Below, one piece after another: positions 49,212 through 58,298 of a DNA stretch of 64,000 bases; position 1 is the first letter of the stretch, and each line of letters opens with the position of its first letter. The notes beneath the pieces were generated by a model. It was given only the letters and a program-made list of their open reading frames with translations, was not told the DNA's origin and did not search any database. This DNA comes from Candidatus Poribacteria bacterium (lineage in GTDB: Bacteria > Poribacteria > WGA-4E > PCPOR2b). A program made the translations under genes and the position numbers. The stretch covers positions 2,560,001-2,624,000 of the forward strand of contig OZ220744.1 in assembly GCA_965116925.1 (NCBI GenBank), in the 5' to 3' direction.

Positions 49212-50432
49212 ATGAACGAAGCGATTCAACACGCCCGCGAAGTGGCGTTGGGCATTTTGAAACCGAGTCCGCGTGATATAGAACACGGTATGGAGCTCCA
49301 CCAGAACTCGATTGTCTGTGATTCGTACGGGTTTGCACCCCGTGCGGCTGTTGATGGGGAGGCTGTGGCAGCGGCTATCGAAGCCGGTGCGTCGGAGGTC
49401 GAGGTTCGGGACATGATGGAGGATATGTCGATGACCCGATTTGTCATCGACGAGCGGGAGCGGAAGGAGTTTATGGCGGCGTGGGCAGCCGCGGGGGTGA
49501 CCTGTATTGTGCAGAACGCGGGGGAGGAGGGGCAATCAGCACTCCGTCTTGTCAAACGTTTGGCGCGTTTCACTTACACTACAGACATGATGCGTGACTT
49601 TATCCAGAAAGCGGTTACGCCAGATGATATTGTCGCTGCGAAGGAGCAAAATAGGCACTGCCTCTATTTCAGCGGAAATGGTGTTCCCTTGCCTCAAGAC
49701 TGGGTATCGGTCGAGGAGGAGATGCGGTATATCCGAATCTTTTTCCAACTCGGTATCCGTATCATGCACCTTACTTACAATCGGCGTAACATGATTGGTG
49801 ATGGCTGTGCGGAACCGGCGAACGGGGGGTTAAGTGACTTCGGTAGGGCGGTTGTTGCGGAGATGAATCGGGTCGGTGTGATTGTGGATGTGGCGCATTC
49901 TGGTTGGCAAACGAGTCTTGAAGCGGCACAGGTGTCGGCGCGTCCGATGGTAGCGAGTCATTCTGGGGCTTGTGCGGTGAACGTGCATGATCGGTGTAAG
50001 CCGGACGAGGTGATCCGTGCGATTGCCGACACCGGCGGTTATATTGGGATCTGTGCGATTCCTGCGTTTTTGGGCGGCAGCGGTGACATCAGCGCGTTGC
50101 TAGCGCATGTCGATTATGTTGCCAAGACTTTTGGTGTAGACCATGTTGCGATTGGAACGGATGTGGCTTATATCTCCTCTGCAAGCCGAGAAGCGCAGCG
50201 ACACATTCCGAAACGGGGTGCAGGGCGCAAGCGGTGGGAGTATTTCTGGAACCCCAACGATCCGATGTTTTCGCCGCAGTTCCAGCAGCCGAATCAGAAA
50301 CAGAGTTTGGCATGGACGAATTGGCCCCTTTTTACGATCGGGCTTGTTCAGCGTGGGTATTCGGATAGCGACATCCAGAAAATTCTTAGCGGGAATGTGC
50401 TTCGGGTTGCGCGTGCGGTGTTGGTTCATTAG
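49212..50432 (+). CDS. Membrane dipeptidase (M19) family amidohydrolase
   Basis: HLTYNRRN, GLSDFGRAVVAEMNRVGVIVDVAH, ASHS and HVAIGTD. Confidence 0.85.
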   Translation: MNEAIQHAREVALGILKPSPRDIEHGMELHQNSIVCDSYGFAPRAAVDGEAVAAAIEAGASEVEVRDMMEDMSMTRFVIDERERKEFMAAWAAAGVTCIVQNAGEEGQSALRLVKRLARFTYTTDMMRDFIQKAVTPDDIVAAKEQNRHCLYFSGNGVPLPQDWVSVEEEMRYIRIFFQLGIRIMHLTYNRRNMIGDGCAEPANGGLSDFGRAVVAEMNRVGVIVDVAHSGWQTSLEAAQVSARPMVASHSGACAVNVHDRCKPDEVIRAIADTGGYIGICAIPAFLGGSGDISALLAHVDYVAKTFGVDHVAIGTDVAYISSASREAQRHIPKRGAGRKRWEYFWNPNDPMFSPQFQQPNQKQSLAWTNWPLFTIGLVQRGYSDSDIQKILSGNVLRVARAVLVH

Positions 50433-50500
50433 TTCATTGGTTCATGTGTGTTGGGTTTCACTATCGTTCAACCCAACCTACGATGCTAATGGGAGGTATA

Positions 50501-51565
50501 ATGAGGAAACCGATTCGTTTGGGGTTGATTGGCTGTGGCGGGATTGTCCAACTGGTACACGCCCGCGCGTATCTGTCCTTGCCAGATGCCGTTAAGGTGG
50601 TTGCGTTGGCGGATGTGCTTGAGGAGAATCGAGAGCAGGTCGGTCAAACCTTTGCTGTACCGCCCGATCAGCGGTATGCCGATTACCGGGAGATGTTGGC
50701 AAAAGCCGAAATTGATGCGGTGACGGTTGCCACGCCGCATTTTCTTCACGCCGAACATGCTATCGAAGCGGCATCGGCAGGAGTGGCGGTCATATCTGAA
50801 AAACCGATGGCGACCTCATTGGCGGAGGCAGATACAATTCTCCATGCTGTTGAGCGCAACAATGTGCCTTACGGCATTGTGCACAACTATCTCTACACAC
50901 TTGCGATGCAGGAGGGATTTGTTCAACGTGCTAAGTTGGGAGCGTCGATTTTTGGTCGGGCTGCAGGGATGGGACTTAAACCGGCGGATTTCTCAACTGA
51001 GCATTCAGACCCCGCCCAAGCGTGGCGCGCGAGTAAAGCGAAAGGCGGGGGATGTATCGGTGACTCCTCATATCACGAGATCTATTCGGTGAGCGCGCTG
51101 ATGGATTCCCCGGTGCGATATGTCGAAGCACGAGTCAAGACTTTGAGTATTGATGTCGATGTCGATGATATTGCGATGCTGCTCTGTGAACATGAAGACG
51201 GTGCGGTGTCTACGGTATCTAGCGCGTGGTGCGTTCCTGACCTTGATACCGGTTGGTGCGAGGTCCATGCGAGCGATGGTTCGCTCCGGATTAGGCATCG
51301 GAAGAATACTCCCGATTCACTGATGCGTTATACTAGAGAGGAAGACTGGCAACACCTCGAAATTCCCGGTCGGTCGGATCCGGGGTTTAACGATCCTTCT
51401 GGGCATGTCGGATTTTTTGCTGCGACGTTTGATGCGCTTGCGACCGGTTCGGAGTTGCCAATTTCAGGGGAAGATGGAAGACACAATCTGGCGATTATTG
51501 AAGCGGCGCGGCTGGCGACTGAACGAAGACAGGCAATTGATTTGGAATCCCTCAAGAGAGCTTGA
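50501..51565 (+). CDS. Gfo/Idh/MocA family oxidoreductase
   Basis: ATG 50501 after GGGAGG; LIGCGGI, ATPHFLH and EKPMA. Confidence 0.88.
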   Translation: MRKPIRLGLIGCGGIVQLVHARAYLSLPDAVKVVALADVLEENREQVGQTFAVPPDQRYADYREMLAKAEIDAVTVATPHFLHAEHAIEAASAGVAVISEKPMATSLAEADTILHAVERNNVPYGIVHNYLYTLAMQEGFVQRAKLGASIFGRAAGMGLKPADFSTEHSDPAQAWRASKAKGGGCIGDSSYHEIYSVSALMDSPVRYVEARVKTLSIDVDVDDIAMLLCEHEDGAVSTVSSAWCVPDLDTGWCEVHASDGSLRIRHRKNTPDSLMRYTREEDWQHLEIPGRSDPGFNDPSGHVGFFAATFDALATGSELPISGEDGRHNLAIIEAARLATERRQAIDLESLKRA

Positions 51566-51637
51566 TTGAACGGGGAGGCAGGTGCGGGCGGGGGAACCCC
51601 GCCCCTACGGTTTCTTTGGCGTGAGGGAGGGAGGAAT

Positions 51638-52483
51638 ATGCGACCTTACATTGATGTCCATTGTCATATCGGTATGAGCATAACGTATGACCCGATTGCG
51701 GGGCAGAGCACGGGGCTCTGTCTAGGACGGATGGCTTCAGCAGGGATCGCCGCTGCGATCATTGGACCGACTGCGGTGGGTAGCCCACAGGCGCGGGGGC
51801 TGCTTGATACACGGGATCAGAATGAGGTGATTTCCAGAGCGTGTCGTCAATTCCCGGATCGTTTCCCGATTGGGCTTGCGCTGATTGAGTTGCGCCATGG
51901 GAGTGCTGGCGTGGAAGCGTTGGAACAGGCACTGGCGGCAGGCGGTCTGACGGGGGTTATGTGGCATCCGGGCGGTGTATCACCCGAAAAGCGACTTTAC
52001 CCGTTTCTCGAAGTGGCAGCGATGTGGAAAGGGCTTTGTCTTTTACATGAAACGCCTGCGAGGACAGCGTCGTTAGCGCGTCGTTTTCCTGATCTGACCT
52101 TTATTCAACACGCTGGCACAGAAGCGACGGAACGTTGTGGTGCTTTAGAAAATGTCTGGTTTGAGGTTGTGCAGAGACCGAAAGGACAGGATTCCAACTG
52201 GGATTTCTCCCAATTGATTAACCAAGTGGGGGAGGAGCGGTTGATGTTCGGCGGGGATGCGCCCTACTATGATTATCGTGTGCTTCAAGCTGATTTGGAG
52301 GCGGCGGACATTGACGAGGGAAGCCGTGATCGGATTGCTTATCAAAATGCTGTGACTTTGATTCAGCGGTTCCGCCCGGATTGGGAGCTGCCGACGGAGA
52401 GACTCTCGCCGCCGCAGATTTATACGGGGGCGGAACTCTGGACAGCCGAAAATGAGAGGTTATGTTTAGTAGATACTGTTTGA
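51638..52483 (+). CDS. Amidohydrolase_2 family protein
   Basis: ATG 51638 after GGAGG; IDVHCH, LLHE, QHAG and LMFGGDAP. Confidence 0.8.
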   Translation: MRPYIDVHCHIGMSITYDPIAGQSTGLCLGRMASAGIAAAIIGPTAVGSPQARGLLDTRDQNEVISRACRQFPDRFPIGLALIELRHGSAGVEALEQALAAGGLTGVMWHPGGVSPEKRLYPFLEVAAMWKGLCLLHETPARTASLARRFPDLTFIQHAGTEATERCGALENVWFEVVQRPKGQDSNWDFSQLINQVGEERLMFGGDAPYYDYRVLQADLEAADIDEGSRDRIAYQNAVTLIQRFRPDWELPTERLSPPQIYTGAELWTAENERLCLVDTV

Positions 52484-52500
52484 CGGAGATGTGATTAGTT

Positions 52501-52842
52501 ATGTTCGGAAGAGGACCTAAGTCATTTCGACTTTTTCGTTTTCTTTATCACCTGCCAAATTTCGTAAGGCTGGCGTGGCGGTTATTTTGGGATCCGCGTG
52601 TCCCGATTTACCGGAAAGCAATTCTCGTCATCTTTGAGGCGCTTGCGATCGCATTCGCAATAGGCTACTTCCTGTTTTTGCGCTTGGATTTTCTTCCCGA
52701 TATTTTTCCGATTCTCGGATATACCGACGATCTAATTATTGGGTTATTCCTGATACTGGTGCCCGGCGCGTGGCTGTTCATCAAATTTGCGCCGCAAGAT
52801 ATTGTGCAGGAGCATGTTGATCGGATTTCGCAGGGCAATTAA
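52501..52842 (+). CDS. DUF1232 (YkvA) family membrane protein
   Basis: DPRVP...DFLPDIFPILGYTDD. Confidence 0.85.
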   Translation: MFGRGPKSFRLFRFLYHLPNFVRLAWRLFWDPRVPIYRKAILVIFEALAIAFAIGYFLFLRLDFLPDIFPILGYTDDLIIGLFLILVPGAWLFIKFAPQDIVQEHVDRISQGN

Positions 52843-52846
52843 CCTG

Positions 52847-53542
52847 TTAGCCATCAACGGTTCGGGCATTTTCCATCAGTTGCTCTAGCTTACCCCGATC
52901 ACGAATCCCTTTCGACGCTTCCACCCCCGAACAGAGATCTACCCCGTAGGGACGGACGGTTTCGATCGCCCTCCGGACGTTCTCAGGACGGATGCCGCCG
53001 GACAGGAACGCTGGCACCTTACAGGTTTGGATAAGCTGTGCGCTCAGATTCCAATCGCTCTGCTTGCCGGTGCCGCCGAACCGGGCTTTTCCGTCGGTGA
53101 ATTCTGCGGTGTCGAACAGCAGGGCGTCTGCACCTGCGTTGATGTGTGCTTCTATCTGTGCGGAGATGGCTTGGACATCTGCTGCGGGATCGTTTTCAGT
53201 GGGCAGAAACAGCGACTTCCAAACCTCACAGGATAGAGATCCCTTGAGTTCAGCTACTTGGGTGGGGGGCTCATGTCCAAGCAGCTGAACTGCAAACGGT
53301 TTAATTTGCGCCACCGCTTCTTTGACCCAATCTGTTGGGCGGTCAAACACAAGGATAACCGTCAAGATGGGTGTCTGGCGTGCGATGTCTGCGGCGGAAT
53401 TGATGGGGACGGATCGCTCAGAGAAGGGCACTTCGACGACCACACCTGAATAATCTGCGCCGGCGTCTGCTGCCATTCGCGCATCGGCTATGCTTGCTGT
53501 ACCGCAGATCTTGATCTTGCATCGGTTGGAAGTCATAGGCAT
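52847..53542 (-). CDS. trpF: Phosphoribosylanthranilate isomerase family protein
   Basis: KIKICG, VQLLG, LLFD, GGTG, LSGGIRPENV and GVDLCSGVE. Start is 53542 or 53536. Confidence 0.8.
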   Translation of the reverse strand: MPMTSNRCKIKICGTASIADARMAADAGADYSGVVVEVPFSERSVPINSAADIARQTPILTVILVFDRPTDWVKEAVAQIKPFAVQLLGHEPPTQVAELKGSLSCEVWKSLFLPTENDPAADVQAISAQIEAHINAGADALLFDTAEFTDGKARFGGTGKQSDWNLSAQLIQTCKVPAFLSGGIRPENVRRAIETVRPYGVDLCSGVEASKGIRDRGKLEQLMENARTVDG

Positions 53543-53638
53543 CTGTCCTAAAGTAGTAGGTACATGGCTTTGCATCCCGATTCATCGGGGCACCGTGTGC
53601 CGTAACTCCGCGAACATGAATCGAAATAAGAATCTTCG

Positions 53639-54007
53639 CTATTCGTCCTCGACGAAGACGGTTTGCCTATCGCCGGTGGAGTAGCAGATAATCATCATAA
53701 CAGGCTGCCAGCCGGTGTTGACCGCGTTGTGTTCGACGCCCTGCGGTATTCGCAGCATGCTTCCTTCTGTCAAGGGGATAACATCGTCACCCAGTTGGTG
53801 GTCGCATTGTCCCGAAAGGACGTAAATCAGTTCTTCGCAGTTCGGGTGGTAGTGGAGGGGATTGCCCTCGCCGGCGTTGAGGTACACGAGTCCGAATGTC
53901 ATTTCTGCGTCCGGATCAATCTGGTCGTTGCAGAGCCATTTGATCGCACCCCAAGGGAATTGAAGGGCTTCGCCTTCGTTGGCGTTGGTAACCGTTGCTG
54001 AGCTCAT
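53639..54007 (-). CDS. Cupin domain protein
   Basis: HYHPNCEE...PQGVEH; ATG 54007 after AAGGAG. Confidence 0.88.
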   Translation of the reverse strand: MSSATVTNANEGEALQFPWGAIKWLCNDQIDPDAEMTFGLVYLNAGEGNPLHYHPNCEELIYVLSGQCDHQLGDDVIPLTEGSMLRIPQGVEHNAVNTGWQPVMMIICYSTGDRQTVFVEDE

Positions 54008-54073
54008 GGTGTTCTCCTTAATTGGTTCATTTGTGTTGGGTTTCACTGTCGTTCAACCCAACCTACGATACTT

Positions 54074-54316
54074 ACTAGTAGATTTTAGAATTAATAGGAC
54101 ACACCAAACCGGTGCGGTTACAAACCGCACCTACCGTTCTTCTATTTGGTAGGCGCTGTTTCTAACTGCGCCGATGCAGTACCGGTGCGGTTAGGAAAAT
54201 GAAACTACCGTTCTTCTGTTTGGTAGGCGCTGTTTCTAACTGCGCCGATGCGGTGCGGTTACAAACCGCACCTACCGGGGGGCGCAAGTGTTTCTTTATT
54301 TTTTGAATTCACTATA
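54074..54316. mobile_element. TATAGTG-type MITE carrying a tandem REP payload
   Basis: TAGTAGATTTTAGAATTAAT ... TTTATTTTTTGAATTCACTATA, enclosing two repeats of GGTGCGGTT/GGTAGGCGCTG units. Confidence 0.6.
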
Positions 54317-54323
54317 ATTGGTA

Positions 54324-55073
54324 TTAGATTCCTAGGGTGTTACGCATGTATTGACAGCTCATGGTGGCACTTTCTTTTGGTGTTTTGTCCGTCCTATCTT
54401 GTTCGACCGTCAACCACTCTGCGTCGATTTCGCTGACCGCTTCCATTATAGCTGCCCAATCGAGGATCCCGTGTCCGACTTCTCCGAAGGAGCCATCGGG
54501 GTTCATGTCCTTGAAGTGGAGATAGGCAACCCTATCGGCGTATTGCTTCAGGAAGGCGGCGGGATCTTCACCACCGTGCTGGACCCAATAGGTGTCCACG
54601 CAGGCGTGAACGAGTTTCGGATCTGTTGAGTCATAGAGCGTAACGAGTCCGTTCGTTCCGCCGAAGTCTTTGAATTCCCAACTGTGGTTGTGGTAGCAGA
54701 ACTTGATTCCTGCGTCGTTACAACGACGCCCAACATCGTTAAAGACGTCCGCTGAACGTTGGTAATCTTCGAGCGTATCTTGTCCACCGACGCCGGAGAC
54801 CATCAAGTAGTCGGATCCCATCGTTTCGGTGAATCGAATGGTTTCCTCAAACTGCTCGATGCTGCCGTAGCCTGTATGGACGCCTGCCAGTTCCAAGTTG
54901 TGCGATGCTAGCAGTGCTTTTGTCTCTTCAGGGGTGCGGCTGCCGTCATTAAGATTGCCGGCTTCTATTCCGTCATAGCCTGCCGCTGCCAGTTCGGTGA
55001 GGACGCCGGGGAGATCGGTATTCTGGCGAGAGCCGTAGATAATCAAGCCGCAGCCGATTTTGTATTTGCTCAT
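54324..55073 (-). CDS. Sugar phosphate isomerase/epimerase (AP endonuclease 2 / IolE-like TIM barrel)
   Basis: GYDGIE, YHNHSWEF, DTYW, HFKD and VEQD; ATG 55073 after GGAG. Confidence 0.9.
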   Translation of the reverse strand: MSKYKIGCGLIIYGSRQNTDLPGVLTELAAAGYDGIEAGNLNDGSRTPEETKALLASHNLELAGVHTGYGSIEQFEETIRFTETMGSDYLMVSGVGGQDTLEDYQRSADVFNDVGRRCNDAGIKFCYHNHSWEFKDFGGTNGLVTLYDSTDPKLVHACVDTYWVQHGGEDPAAFLKQYADRVAYLHFKDMNPDGSFGEVGHGILDWAAIMEAVSEIDAEWLTVEQDRTDKTPKESATMSCQYMRNTLGI

Positions 55074-55105
55074 GGTTAATCTCCGGAGTTGGTTCATTGG
55101 TTGAT

Positions 55106-55213
55106 TATAGTGGACATCAGAATTAATGAGACGCTCCAAATCGGCGCAGTTGAAAACAGCACCTACCAAATATGGAGAGCGAAGGTGTTCATTTATTTTT
55201 TGAATTCACTATA
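55106..55213. mobile_element. TATAGTG-type MITE
   Basis: TATAGTGGACATCAGAATTAATGAGAC ... TTTATTTTTTGAATTCACTATA with a single REP inside. Confidence 0.6.
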
Positions 55214-55215
55214 GT

Positions 55216-56823
55216 TTATGGGTTCATCACCGTTACTTCTTCGCCATCTTTGAGGGTGTGCTGCCCGGCGATGACCACTTGTTCCCCTTCAGAAATACCG
55301 TTGGTAATCTCCACGCGGCTGCCTTCAGCCAACCCCATCTCGACCTGCCGGCGTTTGCTACGGCCATCGGCAACCACGAACACAATTTGGGTGTTTCTGA
55401 TGCTATCTTCAATCACCGCAGAACGTGGGAGTAGAATGGCGTTTTCGTGAATTTCTACCGGAATCTTGACCTTCGCGAACATGCCGGGCTTCAAACGCAG
55501 ATCTGCGTTGTCTATCGCAATTTCGACCTTTGCCGATCGACTTGCCTGATCGAGGGTGGGGCTGATAAGGGAGATTTTTCCGGTGACATGGTGTGTCAAC
55601 GCATCGACCTCGATCCACGCCTCCTGATTTTCGGGATCGAGTTTACTCAGATCCGCTTCGATGACGCTGACCGCCGCTTTCACGGTATCCATATCGACGA
55701 TCTCGAATATCGGGGCAGCGGGAGATGCCAGCCCACCCAGATCCAGATAACGCATGGACAGGATGCCGGCAATCGGTGCTGTGATTGTTGCGTCGCTGAG
55801 CCGTTCTTGTGCGAGATCGAGCGCGATCTTTGCTTGCTGCATTGCGGTTTCAGCGGCAATGATTTCTGCTTCCCAACTTTTGGCGGCTGCTAACGCTTCA
55901 GCAGCGTTGAGGGTTGCATGTGCTCCCTCTACTTGGGACTGCGCCAATGCTTTATCTTTTTCCCATGTTTTCGTGTCCGCTTGCGCGTAAGCGAGTTTCA
56001 GGGTAGCTTCAGCCTGCGCCACTTGTGCCTCCATTGCTTGGATGTCTTCTTCCCGTGCGCCGTTTTGGATAAGTGCGCTTTGTTCGTTAGCAACCTCATA
56101 TTGCGAGTTGGCGATATCGAGTTGGGTTTTTGCGGATTCAAAGGATTGTTTGCTGATTGCGCCGTTCTCAAAGAGCTGTTTCATGCGTTTATGGTTGTTC
56201 TGTGCGTTGGTGAGGCTTGCCTTTGCTCCAGCCAACGCGGCTTCTGCCTGCCTGAGATCTTCATCTCGCGCGCCGCGCCTAATCTTTTCTAAATTTGCCT
56301 TGAGGGATTCCAAGCCAGCCCGTGCCTGTTCGACCTGTGAGGTGGTGCGGGTTTGCGATAGATCTTCCACCTGCTGTAGAGCAACGACAGCAGATCTCAG
56401 CTGCGCGCTTGCCTGATCGATTTGGGATTGGACACGAATTTTGGCTAACTTCTGTGCTTGATCAAAAGCGGTTTGGGCAGCCCGATGTGCTGCTTCGGCT
56501 TGACGCACTTGAAGCGCTAATTCCGCATGTTCAATGACTGCGAGGGTTTGTCCTTTTGTGACTCGTGCTCCTTCGTCAACGCCCATTTTGATAATTTTGC
56601 CGGGGACTTCGGGAAAGACGGTCACCCGTGAGTTTGCTTCAATCGTGCCAGACAGTTGCAGCTCGGATCGGATTTCGCCGCGAGGTGCTTTTAGGATCTC
56701 GACTGCTTTGATTGTTGCAGCGACTGCTTCAGTATCACTGCTTTGTTGCCTAGTGGCAGATCTGATGAAAATCGCTGCGAGAGCGATTATGATTATTAGT
56801 ATGATAATCCCGATTTTTTTCAC
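55216..56823 (-). CDS. Efflux periplasmic adaptor (MFP) with a long coiled coil
   Basis: N-terminal TM helix; VDEGARVTKGQTL, ITAPIAG, LKPGMFAKV and GEQVVIAG. Confidence 0.9.
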   Translation of the reverse strand: MKKIGIIILIIIIALAAIFIRSATRQQSSDTEAVAATIKAVEILKAPRGEIRSELQLSGTIEANSRVTVFPEVPGKIIKMGVDEGARVTKGQTLAVIEHAELALQVRQAEAAHRAAQTAFDQAQKLAKIRVQSQIDQASAQLRSAVVALQQVEDLSQTRTTSQVEQARAGLESLKANLEKIRRGARDEDLRQAEAALAGAKASLTNAQNNHKRMKQLFENGAISKQSFESAKTQLDIANSQYEVANEQSALIQNGAREEDIQAMEAQVAQAEATLKLAYAQADTKTWEKDKALAQSQVEGAHATLNAAEALAAAKSWEAEIIAAETAMQQAKIALDLAQERLSDATITAPIAGILSMRYLDLGGLASPAAPIFEIVDMDTVKAAVSVIEADLSKLDPENQEAWIEVDALTHHVTGKISLISPTLDQASRSAKVEIAIDNADLRLKPGMFAKVKIPVEIHENAILLPRSAVIEDSIRNTQIVFVVADGRSKRRQVEMGLAEGSRVEITNGISEGEQVVIAGQHTLKDGEEVTVMNP

Positions 56824-56971
56824 TTTCTAGCCTCCGTGCTAGTTCATTAGTTCATTTGTGTTGGGTTTCACGATTACCGTTCAACCCAACCTACAATACT
56901 AGTCATTAGTTCATTAGTTCATTTGTGTTGGGTTTCACTATCGTTCAACCCAACCTACAATATTCTATGTT

Positions 56972-57046
56972 GGCTCATAGCATGAAGAGAAACCGAGTTT
57001 TTTCTTGAAAACTCGGTTTCTGTTGCACGATTTCTTTACATGAGCC
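56972..57046. mobile_element. Internally deleted GGCTCATG-type MITE
   Basis: GGCTCATA...TTGCACGATTTCTTTACATGAGCC, flanked by TCTATGTT and TCTATGCT. Confidence 0.6.
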
Positions 57047-57053
57047 TCTATGC

Positions 57054-58280
57054 TTATTGGGTAGTTTGGTGGGACATATCTGAGATAAGGGCTTGGACCT
57101 CTGTTTCCAATTCCAGCGTGATGTCCTGTACCGTCTGCTTTTTGTCCTGTTTGTAGGTTTCATAGCGGTCAAGCAGGTTCTTGGGCGTCCCAAAACGCAT
57201 TAACGCTATCCGGGGGCCCCTCGGCTTTGAATCCCCAAAAACTTCTCTCTCGATCCGGGTGATGACCTCCAAGAACCGTTCTGGCGATTGCGTTTCACCG
57301 ACGTAACCGTCGTAGATGGCGATAAAATTGAACAGGCGGTTTAGGTCCGGATAGAATTCCTGAAATTTTTCCAATCGCTGTTCGTGTATCTGCCTTTCGT
57401 AAGTAGAGAGTTCTTCGGTTTCCCTGTAAATCTCTGCATCAATTATGTTTTTCAAGGAGCGGACTCGCGTCATGGGGAGGACGGTTGGTTGTGGGGTAAC
57501 TCCCATAAACTCCTCCATCTGTGAGAGAATATGTTCGCGCAACTGTTCAATCCGCTCGTTCAATAACCTGTTTTCATCAGCTTTAAATTTGTATTCTCGT
57601 TCCAGTATTGACACTATGGCAGCACCAATCGTCCGCAGTCGTCCGTACAGATCTTCAGCGGTGGCTGCCCCTTGCGGCAGAATCTCTCGCTCCAATCTGG
57701 CGAGTGCCGCCTCAATTTCGCCCCACATCTCCTCGTCGTAGATATACTTGATTCCAACTGGCACAGCATATAGGGGTTTGACCGCGTCTGCTTTTACCAT
57801 GTCGTCCAATGCCCAGAAGCAGAGTTGGACAACGCCGCTTTCAAACGGTAACACCGTATCGTTCTGGCGTGAGATTTCGCCTTCGGCAAAGATGACCAAC
57901 GGGTGTTTTCCGTCTGTCAGAAGACTGCGTGTCGTCCGAAACGCTTCTCGATCGATACTACCGCGTACCACGGAGTATACCCCAAACCGCTGCATGAGAT
58001 AACTTCTGATTCGACCTTTGAATGTTTCCCGCGCACACATATAGTGAAACTGATCTCCCAACCGTTTCGATAGTGCGAACATGATGGAAGCATCAGCGTA
58101 GTCGGCGTGGTTGGGGACCAAGACCATCGGGTGATTTGCGATGGATCTTAACTGTTCCAGCGTTTCAGGGTCGATAACGAATTTAGAGATCTTTAGCGGA
58201 CCTCGCAGGACAAGAGGCACTAGCCATTGAGCGACCCTGATGAGAAGCGCGTTTGGTTTGGGCGGCTTGAAGTCTAGCAT
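57054..58280 (-). CDS. Phospholipid/glycerol acyltransferase (PlsC-like) with a C-terminal extension
   Basis: PNHADYAD (NHxxxxD) and IFAEGE. Confidence 0.88.
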   Translation of the reverse strand: MLDFKPPKPNALLIRVAQWLVPLVLRGPLKISKFVIDPETLEQLRSIANHPMVLVPNHADYADASIMFALSKRLGDQFHYMCARETFKGRIRSYLMQRFGVYSVVRGSIDREAFRTTRSLLTDGKHPLVIFAEGEISRQNDTVLPFESGVVQLCFWALDDMVKADAVKPLYAVPVGIKYIYDEEMWGEIEAALARLEREILPQGAATAEDLYGRLRTIGAAIVSILEREYKFKADENRLLNERIEQLREHILSQMEEFMGVTPQPTVLPMTRVRSLKNIIDAEIYRETEELSTYERQIHEQRLEKFQEFYPDLNRLFNFIAIYDGYVGETQSPERFLEVITRIEREVFGDSKPRGPRIALMRFGTPKNLLDRYETYKQDKKQTVQDITLELETEVQALISDMSHQTTQ

Positions 58281-58298
58281 TTTGATTGGTTCGTTGGT

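Noticed and set aside
54105..54280. CRISPR-like tandem palindromes (also 56846-56960 and 19023-19326)
   Set aside because: The intervening sequences are themselves repeated rather than unique spacers, and the units match dispersed REP families.
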